A stretch of 35,061 bases of DNA. Source: an uncultured bacterium. Its GTDB lineage: Bacteria > Deinococcota > Deinococci > Deinococcales > Trueperaceae. Positions 8,992-17,171 of this stretch are shown in pieces. The notes beneath the pieces were generated by a model, which worked only from the letters and a program-made list of their open reading frames with translations, was not told the DNA's origin and made no database searches. The stretch covers positions 1 to 35,061 of the forward strand of contig CAZMCW010000004.1 in NCBI GenBank assembly GCA_964564405.1, given 5' to 3'. Position numbers and translations under genes: made by a program. Each line of letters starts with the position of its first letter. The first letter of the stretch is position 1.

Positions 8992-10656
8992 CTAGGTTGT
9001 GGCAGGTTGTGCGTTAACGCTACGCTGGATAATATACTGCTGTCCAACTTGTACCAGCATCGAAGTAACTAGATAAAGGGCAACGCCAGACGGAAAGTTG
9101 ATAATGAAAAACACAAAGATCATGTTGATCATAAGTTGTTGGCGTAAGGTATCTTTGTTGCCTTTAGCACTCAGCAAAGATTGACCCACCATAACACCCA
9201 CATAGATAATGGGCAAAATGAAAAACGGGTCCGCTTGACCAAGGTCAGGAATCCACAAAAATCCTTGGTTAAACTCAAAGTTCATAAACACCCGCCACAA
9301 AATAATAAACAGTGGCATCTGTAGTACCATGGGCAAGCACCCTCCCATTGGGTTGACGCCTGCTTCCTGGTAGAGTTTCATGGTTTCTTGAGTAAGCTTT
9401 TCGCGGTTATTTTTGTATTTCTTTTGTAGTTCCTGAATCTTTGGCTGAATTTTTTGCATTCCCACCATGGATTTAGTTTGAGTTGCCATAAGCGGCCAAA
9501 TAATCAGTCGGAAAAAGAGGGTTAGTAATATAATGGACAAACCCCAACTACCAATTACATTTTGCAGTTGCTCGAGGATAAAAATAATCCCCAGTGACAA
9601 CTGTCCCAAAATATTGGGTGTAAATAAGCCAGGCAAATCTTTATAATCTTCTTGATGGTAACGCACAAGCTCGTTGGGACCCGTGTAGACTTCCAAGTTG
9701 AGCTCGCTTGTACCCTCATTTAAAGCTGCACCCAAGCTGACGATATCAGGCGGTAAGTAGGTGGCCATGTAACCATTTGCAGCTTGCTCTGGACGCAAGA
9801 TAATAGCTTGCCCAGTATTGCGATTGTTGCTTTGCAACGACGCATAGAGGGGATCGTCGATCGGTTGAGAAATAGGGTTAAGTGCAAAAGTTGTACCTTG
9901 ACCCACTTTGACGATAGGTTCTTCTTGTCTAGCAATGCCAGGAAACGCGTAGCGAATCATGTCTATATCACTTACGGTTAACGCGTCAGTATCTTCGTCA
10001 TTTTCTGCACTGGTATCTTCTGAAGGACTCTCCTCAGCGGGAGTATCTTGTGCTTCAGAAGATGTTATAAGAGCAGCATCATTTAAAGGGCTAACCTCGA
10101 TAGACACATCAAACGTGTTGCTAACGCCACTAACCAAAATAGACTTGGTAACCGCAAAAGGACCAACTGCAAGTTCAAACTCACCTAACAAATCAGTACT
10201 ACTAATTTGATCCCAGCTCGAGGCAAGCACCTCGGGCTTAACGTAAGTATCTCCTAAGAGGAGTGCGCCCCCAGGAATACTGGAACCAGCAGGAATTAAG
10301 TTTTGAGCCGCAGTCAGGTTGTAATTATTTAAGTTTTGCCCGCGCTGCTGCTTAACGTAAATGGCTGCCAACTCGCCAGCGTCGGTAATAAACAGATCCA
10401 TACTCTTGGTGGTGATAAGCGTGAGGTCATCTTGCCTACGCGCACACCAAAACGAGCTATCGGTAATACACAATTCGGACAGACTATCGCTAGCGTTGCG
10501 AAAATCTTCTACTGCAAACTCGTTAGCTGCAAAGGTAACTCTGGCAAGCGCCACAGTACCAAGCGCCAACAAGCTTAGCGCAATTGCGCTAGCTAATAAA
10601 CGTGTAACACAAGGTTTCAACATTCCTCCGAAAGTGTAACAAGTAGTTAAAAACAT
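8992..10656 (-). CDS. yidC: Membrane protein insertase YidC (long form with a large periplasmic domain)
   Basis: 554-aa ORF with the conserved C-terminal core (KMQ..QPKIQELQKKYK, GVNPMGGCLPMVLQMPLFIILWRV). The start is uncertain: ATG at 10656, or ATG at 10623, which is preceded by GGAGG but with only a 1-nt spacer. Confidence 0.9.
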   Translation of the reverse strand: MFLTTCYTFGGMLKPCVTRLLASAIALSLLALGTVALARVTFAANEFAVEDFRNASDSLSELCITDSSFWCARRQDDLTLITTKSMDLFITDAGELAAIYVKQQRGQNLNNYNLTAAQNLIPAGSSIPGGALLLGDTYVKPEVLASSWDQISSTDLLGEFELAVGPFAVTKSILVSGVSNTFDVSIEVSPLNDAALITSSEAQDTPAEESPSEDTSAENDEDTDALTVSDIDMIRYAFPGIARQEEPIVKVGQGTTFALNPISQPIDDPLYASLQSNNRNTGQAIILRPEQAANGYMATYLPPDIVSLGAALNEGTSELNLEVYTGPNELVRYHQEDYKDLPGLFTPNILGQLSLGIIFILEQLQNVIGSWGLSIILLTLFFRLIIWPLMATQTKSMVGMQKIQPKIQELQKKYKNNREKLTQETMKLYQEAGVNPMGGCLPMVLQMPLFIILWRVFMNFEFNQGFLWIPDLGQADPFFILPIIYVGVMVGQSLLSAKGNKDTLRQQLMINMIFVFFIINFPSGVALYLVTSMLVQVGQQYIIQRSVNAQPATT

Positions 10657-10903
10657 ACTTGTCTTGTATCAACTCAACTGTCTTCACCGAGTCTTGTTTT
10701 AGCGTTCACAGTTGGCAGCGAGTACAGGATTCAATAATCAACAAAGTAGGTAATAGACCAGCAGCAAGATATTGGAAGGCGTATAAAAAGCGCGCTCAAC
10801 AAGGGCTCAAAGCCAAATCTGCATATCTTGGTTGTGTGTAGTAGACGTCCTCTGTGGCTCGAGCAAACCTATCAATTCAAAAACGCTTGACTGTGTTTAA
10901 AAA

Positions 10904-11395
10904 CTATGGATAACTGCGTCCAGATTGAGGGCGCTGCTCGAGCAATTCACTTTTGTAAAGCGCAGACGCCAGACCAGCTTTGAGTTGCCAATAGTCAGCT
11001 TGGGCAGCATCTGGCTTAGCAATGATCATCACGTCAACCAGCTTGCGCTTGGGGGGTTGCTCGAGCCACAACGCGTACAACCCTTCGCGCAATCGGCGGC
11101 GCACTCTATTGCGCACAACAGCATTGCCAACCTTTTTACTCACCACAAAGCCAACACGACTCACTGGTTGGGACTCTGGTTGGAACTTTGGTTGGGACTT
11201 TGGTTGGAACTGAGGGTGATGTGCAGAGCCATCAGGCTTACTAGCAGAAGGTGTACGGCTAGCCTGCGTATAACGCGGTTTATAGGGCAACCAGCGTACG
11301 CTTACAAACTTGTGATGACCACGGTAGCCCCTACGTAAGCGAGCAAACGCACGTTCGCCGCGTAAAGATACAAAGCGTTGCGCGGATTGAGTCAC
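10904..11395 (-). CDS. rnpA: Ribonuclease P protein component with a ~35-aa Pro/Gln-rich insertion
   Basis: 163 aa with the RNR motif VSKKVGNAVVRNRVRRRLRE. It sits directly downstream of rpmH. The insertion PSASKPDGSAHHPQFQPKSQPKFQPESQP interrupts the usual ~120-aa fold. Confidence 0.85.
   Translation of the reverse strand: MTQSAQRFVSLRGERAFARLRRGYRGHHKFVSVRWLPYKPRYTQASRTPSASKPDGSAHHPQFQPKSQPKFQPESQPVSRVGFVVSKKVGNAVVRNRVRRRLREGLYALWLEQPPKRKLVDVMIIAKPDAAQADYWQLKAGLASALYKSELLEQRPQSGRSYP
11166..11213 (-). repeat. 12-bp x4 (24-bp x2) in-frame tandem repeat inside rnpA
   Basis: tggttgggactc tggttggaactt tggttgggactt tggttggaactg. It encodes QFQPKSQPKFQPESQP on the minus strand. Confidence 0.9.
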
Positions 11396-11465
11396 AAAAG
11401 CCTCGTCTAAAAGTCCTGCCTAGAAGCCTATCTGCACTTGGAAGCCTTAGCCCAACGGGGTTAAG

Positions 11466-11618
11466 TTAGTGACGTGATTCGTCTGAGACGCTTAAACGTG
11501 TGCGACCTTTGACGCGGCGGCGCTTCAAGATATTACGACCTGCCGGGCTGCTCATGCGGGCGCGAAAGCCGTGCGTTTTAGCCCGCTTGCGGCGGTTAGG
11601 TTGATACGTGCGTTTCAT
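11466..11618 (-). CDS. rpmH: 50S ribosomal protein L34
   Basis: Hand translation of the minus strand gives [50 protein letters not shown]. This is the classic L34 sequence. It falls below the ORF-track length cutoff. Confidence 0.92.
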   Translation of the reverse strand: MKRTYQPNRRKRAKTHGFRARMSSPAGRNILKRRRVKGRTRLSVSDESRH

Positions 11619-11951
11619 AAATAACTCCTTACAAAATGTGGGTTAAAGGTTGACTGGATATTTACCAAGCTGTCAGCTATTAATAAACTACCTTACCCAA
11701 GGTAAAGGCTAATTAATTGCCGTGTCAAGGCAGTAGGGGATTGGCTAGGTAAACGCCAAAAATTTAAGGTGATTGAGGGGTCTCATTCATCTGGTTGATG
11801 TCGTTTGATTAAGTTTGTAACCTAACTTAGACGTCTAGCCATGTGCAACCAAAAGACTTTGAATTTTAGCACAACCGTCAAGAGAACTTACTTCACCACA
11901 TCACTATGGAACCTAGCTAAAGAGCAGGTACGCACGTGAGGTCATATATAG

Positions 11952-12773
11952 CTAACGCCCAAAGCGACGCTGACGCGCTTGAAAACTGCGAATCGCCCGC
12001 AAAAAGTCGAGCTTGCGAAAACTAGGCCAAAACACGTCGCAAAAATAAAATTCGCTATACGCCGTTTGCCACAGCAAAAACCCACTCATGCGCAGTTCGC
12101 CGCTGGTACGAATAACAAAATCAGGATCGGGGAAGCCAGCTGTGTACAAGTGACTTTCAATAACCTCGCTACCTAGGTCACCAATGACCTGCTCGAGTGT
12201 TTCACCTTGGTCTAGCTTGGTGCGTAACCAACTGCGGACTGCATGGGTGATCTCTTCGCGGCCGCCATAGCCAACGGCGATATTCAAGAACATTTTGTCG
12301 TAGTGAGCAGTGACATGCTCGAGCTTGCGCAAAGAATTTACCACGTGCTCGGGCATGCCCGCCAAATCGCCAATAATTGTGGTTTTGACCTGATACTTGT
12401 GGAGGTCGCCTTCTTCGGTTTGTTCAACAGCTTCACTGGCAAGCAAGTTCAAAATATGTTCGACCTCAGCCTGATCACGGTTTTTGTTGTCGGTACTAAA
12501 AACCCACAGGGTAACGTGCTGAATATCTAATTCACGACACCACGTAAGTACCTCATGAACCTTTTCTGCGCCCAGATCATGCCCGCGAGACGTGTGTAGT
12601 CCGAGGCTTCTGGCAAAGCGGCGGTTGCCATCTAAAATGAGCCCCACGTGGTTTGGCATGGTGTTTTGCTCAACAACCTCAGCAAAAAGTCGCCGCTCGT
12701 AAAACCAGTAGAGCGGCTGGGTAATTCTGTGCCACATATGCAAAGCGCGAGTTAAACGGGACAACCGTGACAT
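11952..12773 (-). CDS. uppS: Isoprenyl transferase (undecaprenyl-diphosphate synthase family, cis-prenyltransferase)
   Basis: 273 aa with HVGLILDGNRRFA near the N-terminus and RTSGELRMSGFLLWQTAYSEFYF near the C-terminus, both hallmark UppS motifs. Confidence 0.88.
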   Translation of the reverse strand: MSRLSRLTRALHMWHRITQPLYWFYERRLFAEVVEQNTMPNHVGLILDGNRRFARSLGLHTSRGHDLGAEKVHEVLTWCRELDIQHVTLWVFSTDNKNRDQAEVEHILNLLASEAVEQTEEGDLHKYQVKTTIIGDLAGMPEHVVNSLRKLEHVTAHYDKMFLNIAVGYGGREEITHAVRSWLRTKLDQGETLEQVIGDLGSEVIESHLYTAGFPDPDFVIRTSGELRMSGFLLWQTAYSEFYFCDVFWPSFRKLDFLRAIRSFQARQRRFGR

Positions 12774-12993
12774 AACTCATAGTTTACCTGTAGTTGCCGC
12801 TTGATGTTGAGGGTTGCTCACATCATCAGCATATTGGGGTAGGAGTTTGATGTACATGAGAAGGTTACAAACAAGCAAATTTGGGTAGTTATTAATGTGT
12901 GTGTATTGATAACACAACTTCATCTACTAAAGATCTAACCAACTAACGTTACAGATGACATCGTTTTGTTGAAGCGGATAATTGCTACGGTTT

Positions 12994-13090
12994 GTAGTTC
13001 TAGGATTGGTTCCCCATACTCAGTGGGTCGATTTCTACTCCCCTAGGTCGCGTGCGCAACTGCCTGTGGCAGCTACTTGTGGAAACGCTA
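12994..13090 (-). repeat. Copy 2 of the dispersed repeat family
   Basis: The reverse complement is TAGCGTTTCCACAAGTAGCTGCCACAGGCAGTTGCGCACGCGACCTAGGGGAGTAGAAATCGACCCACTGAGTATGGGGAACCAATCCTAGAACTAC. Confidence 0.92.
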
Positions 13091-13188
13091 GGTAATGTGA
13101 TCGATGGGACTATCTCGAGCTTGCTAGAGATTATGACAACAAAGATTTGGTAGAAGGATAGTACCTGATATCTATGTCTAAAACGTGC

Positions 13189-14205
13189 TTAGTTGCGCAA
13201 CTCCCAAGTAAATCCTAAGACAGATTGGCGCAGGTGAAAGCCTCGAGCCTCGAGCACCTTACACGCAGCCCGTTCGTCGTCATGAGCGCGGGCAATTACC
13301 ACCTCAACGTTGTCGTTCTCAAAAGCAAGGTCAATGCCGGCTTGTACTAAGCGTTTGCCAATACTGTGCCCACGTGCGCCAGGTAGCACGCCAAAGTAGG
13401 CAATTTCCGCTTCGTGAGTTACCACTTGGGTAGCATCTGAGTCTGCTACATCCGAGTCCGCTATAAGCGCTTCAACAGGGATAAGTTCTAACTCTAAATG
13501 CCCTACCAGCTTATCTTGCTGACACGCTACCAAAAGTTGAATATCGTCTTGTGCAAAGTGGTTGATGAGGTCGTCATCTGACCAGGTAAGGCGGTCGTGC
13601 CAGTCTTCGGTTGTGTCGCGGTAGAGGTCGCGGTAGAGCGCAACGTCTAGGCGGGACGGATGGTTGTCATCCGGACTGGTTGTAAGGCTACGGATAAGCC
13701 GCAGCTCGGTCTCAAGATGCTTAGCTAACCGCGCCTCGTCTGCGTTTTGTGTACCTCGCTCGAGCTCGTAGAGGTAGGTGGTCCGAAACGCTTGCATACT
13801 GGCTTGACGCAATACATTTTGGGCGTGGCGGTTTTCTTCATCTACAAACGCGTCAATAAATTCATAGTGGCGTTGCGGTGCAAACTTCAAAACGCGTTTG
13901 ACGAGCTTGGCAACAGCCTCAGTTGGCGCGTCCGCCGTCATGACTGGACCCTCCATAACATGCTCGCCGTCTTCGCTCCTTAAATTGACATAGGCAATGA
14001 CTTGCTCGTCTTGCTCGAGCACAAAGGCAAGCGATTCGTGCTCAGGGCTGTCGTCGCCAAGTTCAAGTGCAAGTTCATCTACGGTGCGGCTGTCTGGCGC
14101 AAAGGTACGCAAGCTAGCATCAGCGTCAGCAGCTTCTAGTAGCGAAATGAGGGCAGGGTAGTCTCGAGCGTCTAAGGGGCGTATCATGCTGCCCCTACTA
14201 TACAC
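13189..14205 (-). CDS. Tandem-GNAT N-acetyltransferase (MshD-like two-domain architecture)
   Basis: 338 aa. The C-terminal half carries the acetyl-CoA motif (GVLPGARGHSIGKRLV) and the N-terminal half is a degenerate GNAT. The start may be the internal Met at 14187. Confidence 0.7.
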   Translation of the reverse strand: MYSRGSMIRPLDARDYPALISLLEAADADASLRTFAPDSRTVDELALELGDDSPEHESLAFVLEQDEQVIAYVNLRSEDGEHVMEGPVMTADAPTEAVAKLVKRVLKFAPQRHYEFIDAFVDEENRHAQNVLRQASMQAFRTTYLYELERGTQNADEARLAKHLETELRLIRSLTTSPDDNHPSRLDVALYRDLYRDTTEDWHDRLTWSDDDLINHFAQDDIQLLVACQQDKLVGHLELELIPVEALIADSDVADSDATQVVTHEAEIAYFGVLPGARGHSIGKRLVQAGIDLAFENDNVEVVIARAHDDERAACKVLEARGFHLRQSVLGFTWELRN

Positions 14206-14280
14206 AACCGCGCTAGGAATTTTGTCCTCAAAGCGATTTTATGAGGGAACAATAGGAGAAAATGACAAGCTAAGTATCTC

Positions 14281-14307
14281 CTATCTGTATCTTGCAGATA
14301 CAGATAG
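14281..14307. other. Perfect 12-bp-stem hairpin (27 nt), the first of a related pair
   Basis: CTATCTGTATCT-tgc-AGATACAGATAG. Confidence 0.85.
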
Positions 14308-14340
14308 CGGTAGCGGTTAAGGAAAACAGCCCTGAGCGGC

Positions 14341-14367
14341 AGGTATCATCTTTGACAGATGATACCT
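14341..14367. other. Perfect 11-bp-stem hairpin (27 nt), the second of a related pair
   Basis: AGGTATCATCT-ttgac-AGATGATACCT. It shares the ATCT..(t)tg(a)c..AGAT apex with the first hairpin. Confidence 0.85.
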
Positions 14368-14428
14368 CTGGCTAAAGGCTTTTTGTGATTCATTCACGTT
14401 TCACGTCGCGAAGTTACTATGGAGCCAC

Positions 14429-15574
14429 TTAGAACACACTGGGTGGATCAAAACGGTGATGAATGCGCATAGCACGGTCGTAGTAGCCTATGAGCGTTTG
14501 GGTGCTGGCCCGCCAACTCCACGGTTCGCTGCTGGCGCGAGCAGCGTTCGCAAGTTGGGCGCGCAACGTGTCATTGAAGAGGAGTTGCTCGAGCTTTTGC
14601 GTCAAGTCAGCTGTATCGCCAGGTCGAAATAGCAGACCATTCACCCCATCTTCAACGACATCTGGAATACCGCCCGCGTTAGCGGCTACAACGGCTACAC
14701 CTGAGGCCATCGCCTCCATGGCTACAAAGCCCAATGTTTCTGTGTCAGACGGAAACGCAAATACATCTGCACTGGCGTAGGCGGCAGCTAGGTCGTCGCC
14801 GCTTAAGTAGCCAACAAAGGTCGTGTTAGTGCCGGCAAAGCGTTTTTTAAGATGGTCTGCAGCTGGGCCAGAACCCACAAACGCAAGTTGGACACCGGTT
14901 AGGGTTTGTATGGCAGGTAGGAGCCACTCGAGCCGTTTTTCATGCGAAAGCCGTCCCACATAGACCATCAATTTAGCCTCAGGTTGACCGCCACTAAGCC
15001 GCACGCGCATGTCGTGTGAGCGGTACTGAGGATGATAACGCACGGTGTCTACCGCTTTAGGCCAAAGTCTCAAACGCTTGATGCCTAAGTCTTTAGCGGC
15101 GTCCACCATGGGTTGCGACGTACACAAGTTAACGTGAGCTTGGTTGTGAACATCCCGAATCCAGGTGTGGGAAAGCGGGCGCAAAAAGCCAAGTTTCAGG
15201 TGCACCACGTACTGGGGCAGGTCGGTGTGAAAACTAGCCAGCAGCGGCAAGTTGCGTTGTTTAGCAATCGCAGTGCCCCACATGCCTAAAATGACAGGAT
15301 TAAGCACATGGACGACATCCGGCGCGAAGTCGTCTAGTTCCCGCCCTAGACGCGGCCTGGGCAACCCTAAAATGAGTTCGGGATACCACGGACGAAACGC
15401 AACGCCAGGCACGTTCACCACCTTGTGACCTGCATAGCTAGCTGGTGGATTGTGCGGGGCAAAGACCAACGCTTCATGACCAAGGTCACTAAGTTGCTCG
15501 AGCGTGCGCGTAAGTCGCGTCACAATACCGTCAATTTTGGGTAAGAACGTTTCTGTAAAATAGGCTATGCGCAT
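14429..15574 (-). CDS. GT4-family glycosyltransferase (SqdX/SQD2-like)
   Basis: 381 aa. The N-terminus MRIAYFTETFLPKIDGIVTRL and the C-terminal E-x7-E region (PSDTETLGFVAMEAMASG) are typical of GT4 retaining glycosyltransferases. Confidence 0.8.
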   Translation of the reverse strand: MRIAYFTETFLPKIDGIVTRLTRTLEQLSDLGHEALVFAPHNPPASYAGHKVVNVPGVAFRPWYPELILGLPRPRLGRELDDFAPDVVHVLNPVILGMWGTAIAKQRNLPLLASFHTDLPQYVVHLKLGFLRPLSHTWIRDVHNQAHVNLCTSQPMVDAAKDLGIKRLRLWPKAVDTVRYHPQYRSHDMRVRLSGGQPEAKLMVYVGRLSHEKRLEWLLPAIQTLTGVQLAFVGSGPAADHLKKRFAGTNTTFVGYLSGDDLAAAYASADVFAFPSDTETLGFVAMEAMASGVAVVAANAGGIPDVVEDGVNGLLFRPGDTADLTQKLEQLLFNDTLRAQLANAARASSEPWSWRASTQTLIGYYDRAMRIHHRFDPPSVF

Positions 15575-15844
15575 AGGGCAGCGCTAGTATAACGCGGCTG
15601 GTACTGTGCTGACGGTTGGGGTATGCACGGTGTTGATCCAAGCTTCAAAAAGCGTCTATTTTGATGTCAGTGTCCTGATTGTATTGATATCTTCGTGACA
15701 TAGGATGTCTTGATTAGCAACCTCACAAATATTTGATACAGTTCACCTTCATGCTCCTAATTGGTGTATGGGAAAGGTCATTGCCTGATGGTATTGAGAA
15801 AACATCGTGGCTTTAACAACATCTCGTGAAATTGTTAAATATTA

Positions 15845-15878
15845 CTCGAGGCCGCCACTTCAATATGGCGGCCTCGAG
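15845..15878 (-). terminator. Perfect 13-bp GC-rich hairpin downstream of the EamA gene (terminator candidate)
   Basis: CTCGAGGCCGCCA-cttcaata-TGGCGGCCTCGAG. Both stem ends are CTCGAG. The flank on the minus strand is AT-rich (taatattt), but there is no clean U-tract. Confidence 0.55.
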
Positions 15879-15923
15879 CTAAAACGTCACGTATTGGATG
15901 AGTCAACTACAAATTAGCTGATA

Positions 15924-16904
15924 CTAACCTACTGCAAGTAGCATAAGTGCCAAAATGAGTAGCAAGGCAGCTACAACTGATGTTAGGGCAAGGCGTTCAG
16001 CAAGCAATATCCACGCTAAGACGGTCGCTGTCAGTGGCTCGAGCAAAGTGATGATACTAGCTGCTGTCACTGGCACGTGCCGCATTCCCAGCACAAACAA
16101 ACTGTAGGCACAAGCTGTTGGCACAACGCCAAGGTAGATCAGCAGCAACCAATGCTGATACGACAGGCTGTTGATACTCGTCAGTCCACTGTGCAAAGCA
16201 GGCACGAATAACGTCAAGCTGGCACAAATCACCATAAATGTGGTGGTATGCAAAGGTGGGTAGTGCTGTGCTAGATGCCGTCCAAGTAATGTTACAAGGG
16301 CATAACCCAAGCCAGAGCAGCTTGCGAACATTAACCCTAGTCCCAAATTGCTGACGACCCCACCAGGCTGACTTAGTAACGCTGTGCTAATTAATGCCAA
16401 GCCCAAAGCACTCAACGTTTTATTCGTAAGCCGTTCACGCAAGATAAACCACGATAAAAGCGCGACAAACACAGGCCCACTACACAACGTAATGAGTGTG
16501 GCAATAGCTACCCCCAAGTGATCGATGCCAATGACGTAAAACAGTTGGTAAAGGGCTAACAGAATCCCCATCAATGCAGTGAGGTAGACGTCACGTGGGC
16601 GCAAGCGAAAACTGCGATCACTGGGCTTATACAAGCTGTGCTGATACAAAAGCGTACACACTAGAACAGGTGTAGCCAAGCTCATCCGGTAAAAGCTGAT
16701 AAGAGTCGCGTTTAAGGGTGAGTTTGCATAAAGGAAACCTACGATTACGCCGACGGTACCCCAAAGTAGAGCTGCACTGGCAATTTGGACCATACCGATA
16801 CGCTGTACACGTGTAATACGTGTACGCGGTTTTTTTAATGATGTCATGAACATGCCTTTCCAAAATTTGTTGACAACTAGCCAAATGAGGAAAGGCCACA
16901 ACAA
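15924..16904 (-). CDS. EamA/DMT-superfamily transporter
   Basis: 326-aa polytopic ORF with two EamA-like halves. The true start is probably an internal Met (MFMTSLKK, about 16853). Confidence 0.8.
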   Translation of the reverse strand: MLWPFLIWLVVNKFWKGMFMTSLKKPRTRITRVQRIGMVQIASAALLWGTVGVIVGFLYANSPLNATLISFYRMSLATPVLVCTLLYQHSLYKPSDRSFRLRPRDVYLTALMGILLALYQLFYVIGIDHLGVAIATLITLCSGPVFVALLSWFILRERLTNKTLSALGLALISTALLSQPGGVVSNLGLGLMFASCSGLGYALVTLLGRHLAQHYPPLHTTTFMVICASLTLFVPALHSGLTSINSLSYQHWLLLIYLGVVPTACAYSLFVLGMRHVPVTAASIITLLEPLTATVLAWILLAERLALTSVVAALLLILALMLLAVG

Positions 16905-16948
16905 CCCTGCACGCGTAAGCCACGCGCGAATTAAGGTGTCATGTTGCG

Positions 16949-16975
16949 CAATCCTCAGCGGTTAACTGAGGATTG
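16949..16975. other. Perfect 10-bp hairpin downstream of the PASTA gene
   Basis: CAATCCTCAG-cggttaa-CTGAGGATTG, with no U-tract on either strand. Confidence 0.5.
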
Positions 16976-17171
16976 GTGGGGGAAGTATCATGTGAGTTGG
17001 TATGACGTTCATGGGCTCGAGCTTACCATGGGTTCCGTATCCTTTGAGAGCCTCAAAAGCATCATTAAAACGAAGTGGCCCCAGCTAATCCATCTTGCCG
17101 AGAATCATAGTCGCCATCAGTGTTGATAAAGTATCTTTGTGCGATAACACACCGTGAAGGTACTAGAGGAA

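Noticed and set aside
10657-10903. A missing yidD gene between rnpA and yidC. The only ORF here is on the plus strand (10659-10841).
   Set aside because: There is no minus-strand ORF of suitable size. The plus-strand 60-aa ORF is antisense to the operon with no motif, so the region is treated as non-coding.
11730-11752. A possible extra repeat fragment (GGCAGTAGGGGATTGGCTAGG) upstream of rpmH.
   Set aside because: Only short scattered matches (GGATTGG, CTAGG) to the family consensus are present. It is not alignable over more than ~8 nt.
11619-11951. A possible oriC/dnaA region next to rpmH, as in many bacteria.
   Set aside because: The upstream neighbour is uppS, not dnaA. I found no TTATCCACA-type DnaA boxes or AT-rich 13-mers in the 333-bp spacer.
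12994-13090. The dispersed repeat might be CRISPR-related. Hairpin B plus its tail, CCCAC-TCAGT-GTGGG-GGAACCAAT, looks superficially like a type I repeat hairpin plus handle.
   Set aside because: Copies are single and kilobases apart, in both orientations. There is no repeat-spacer periodicity and no cas gene in the window, so the resemblance is probably coincidental.
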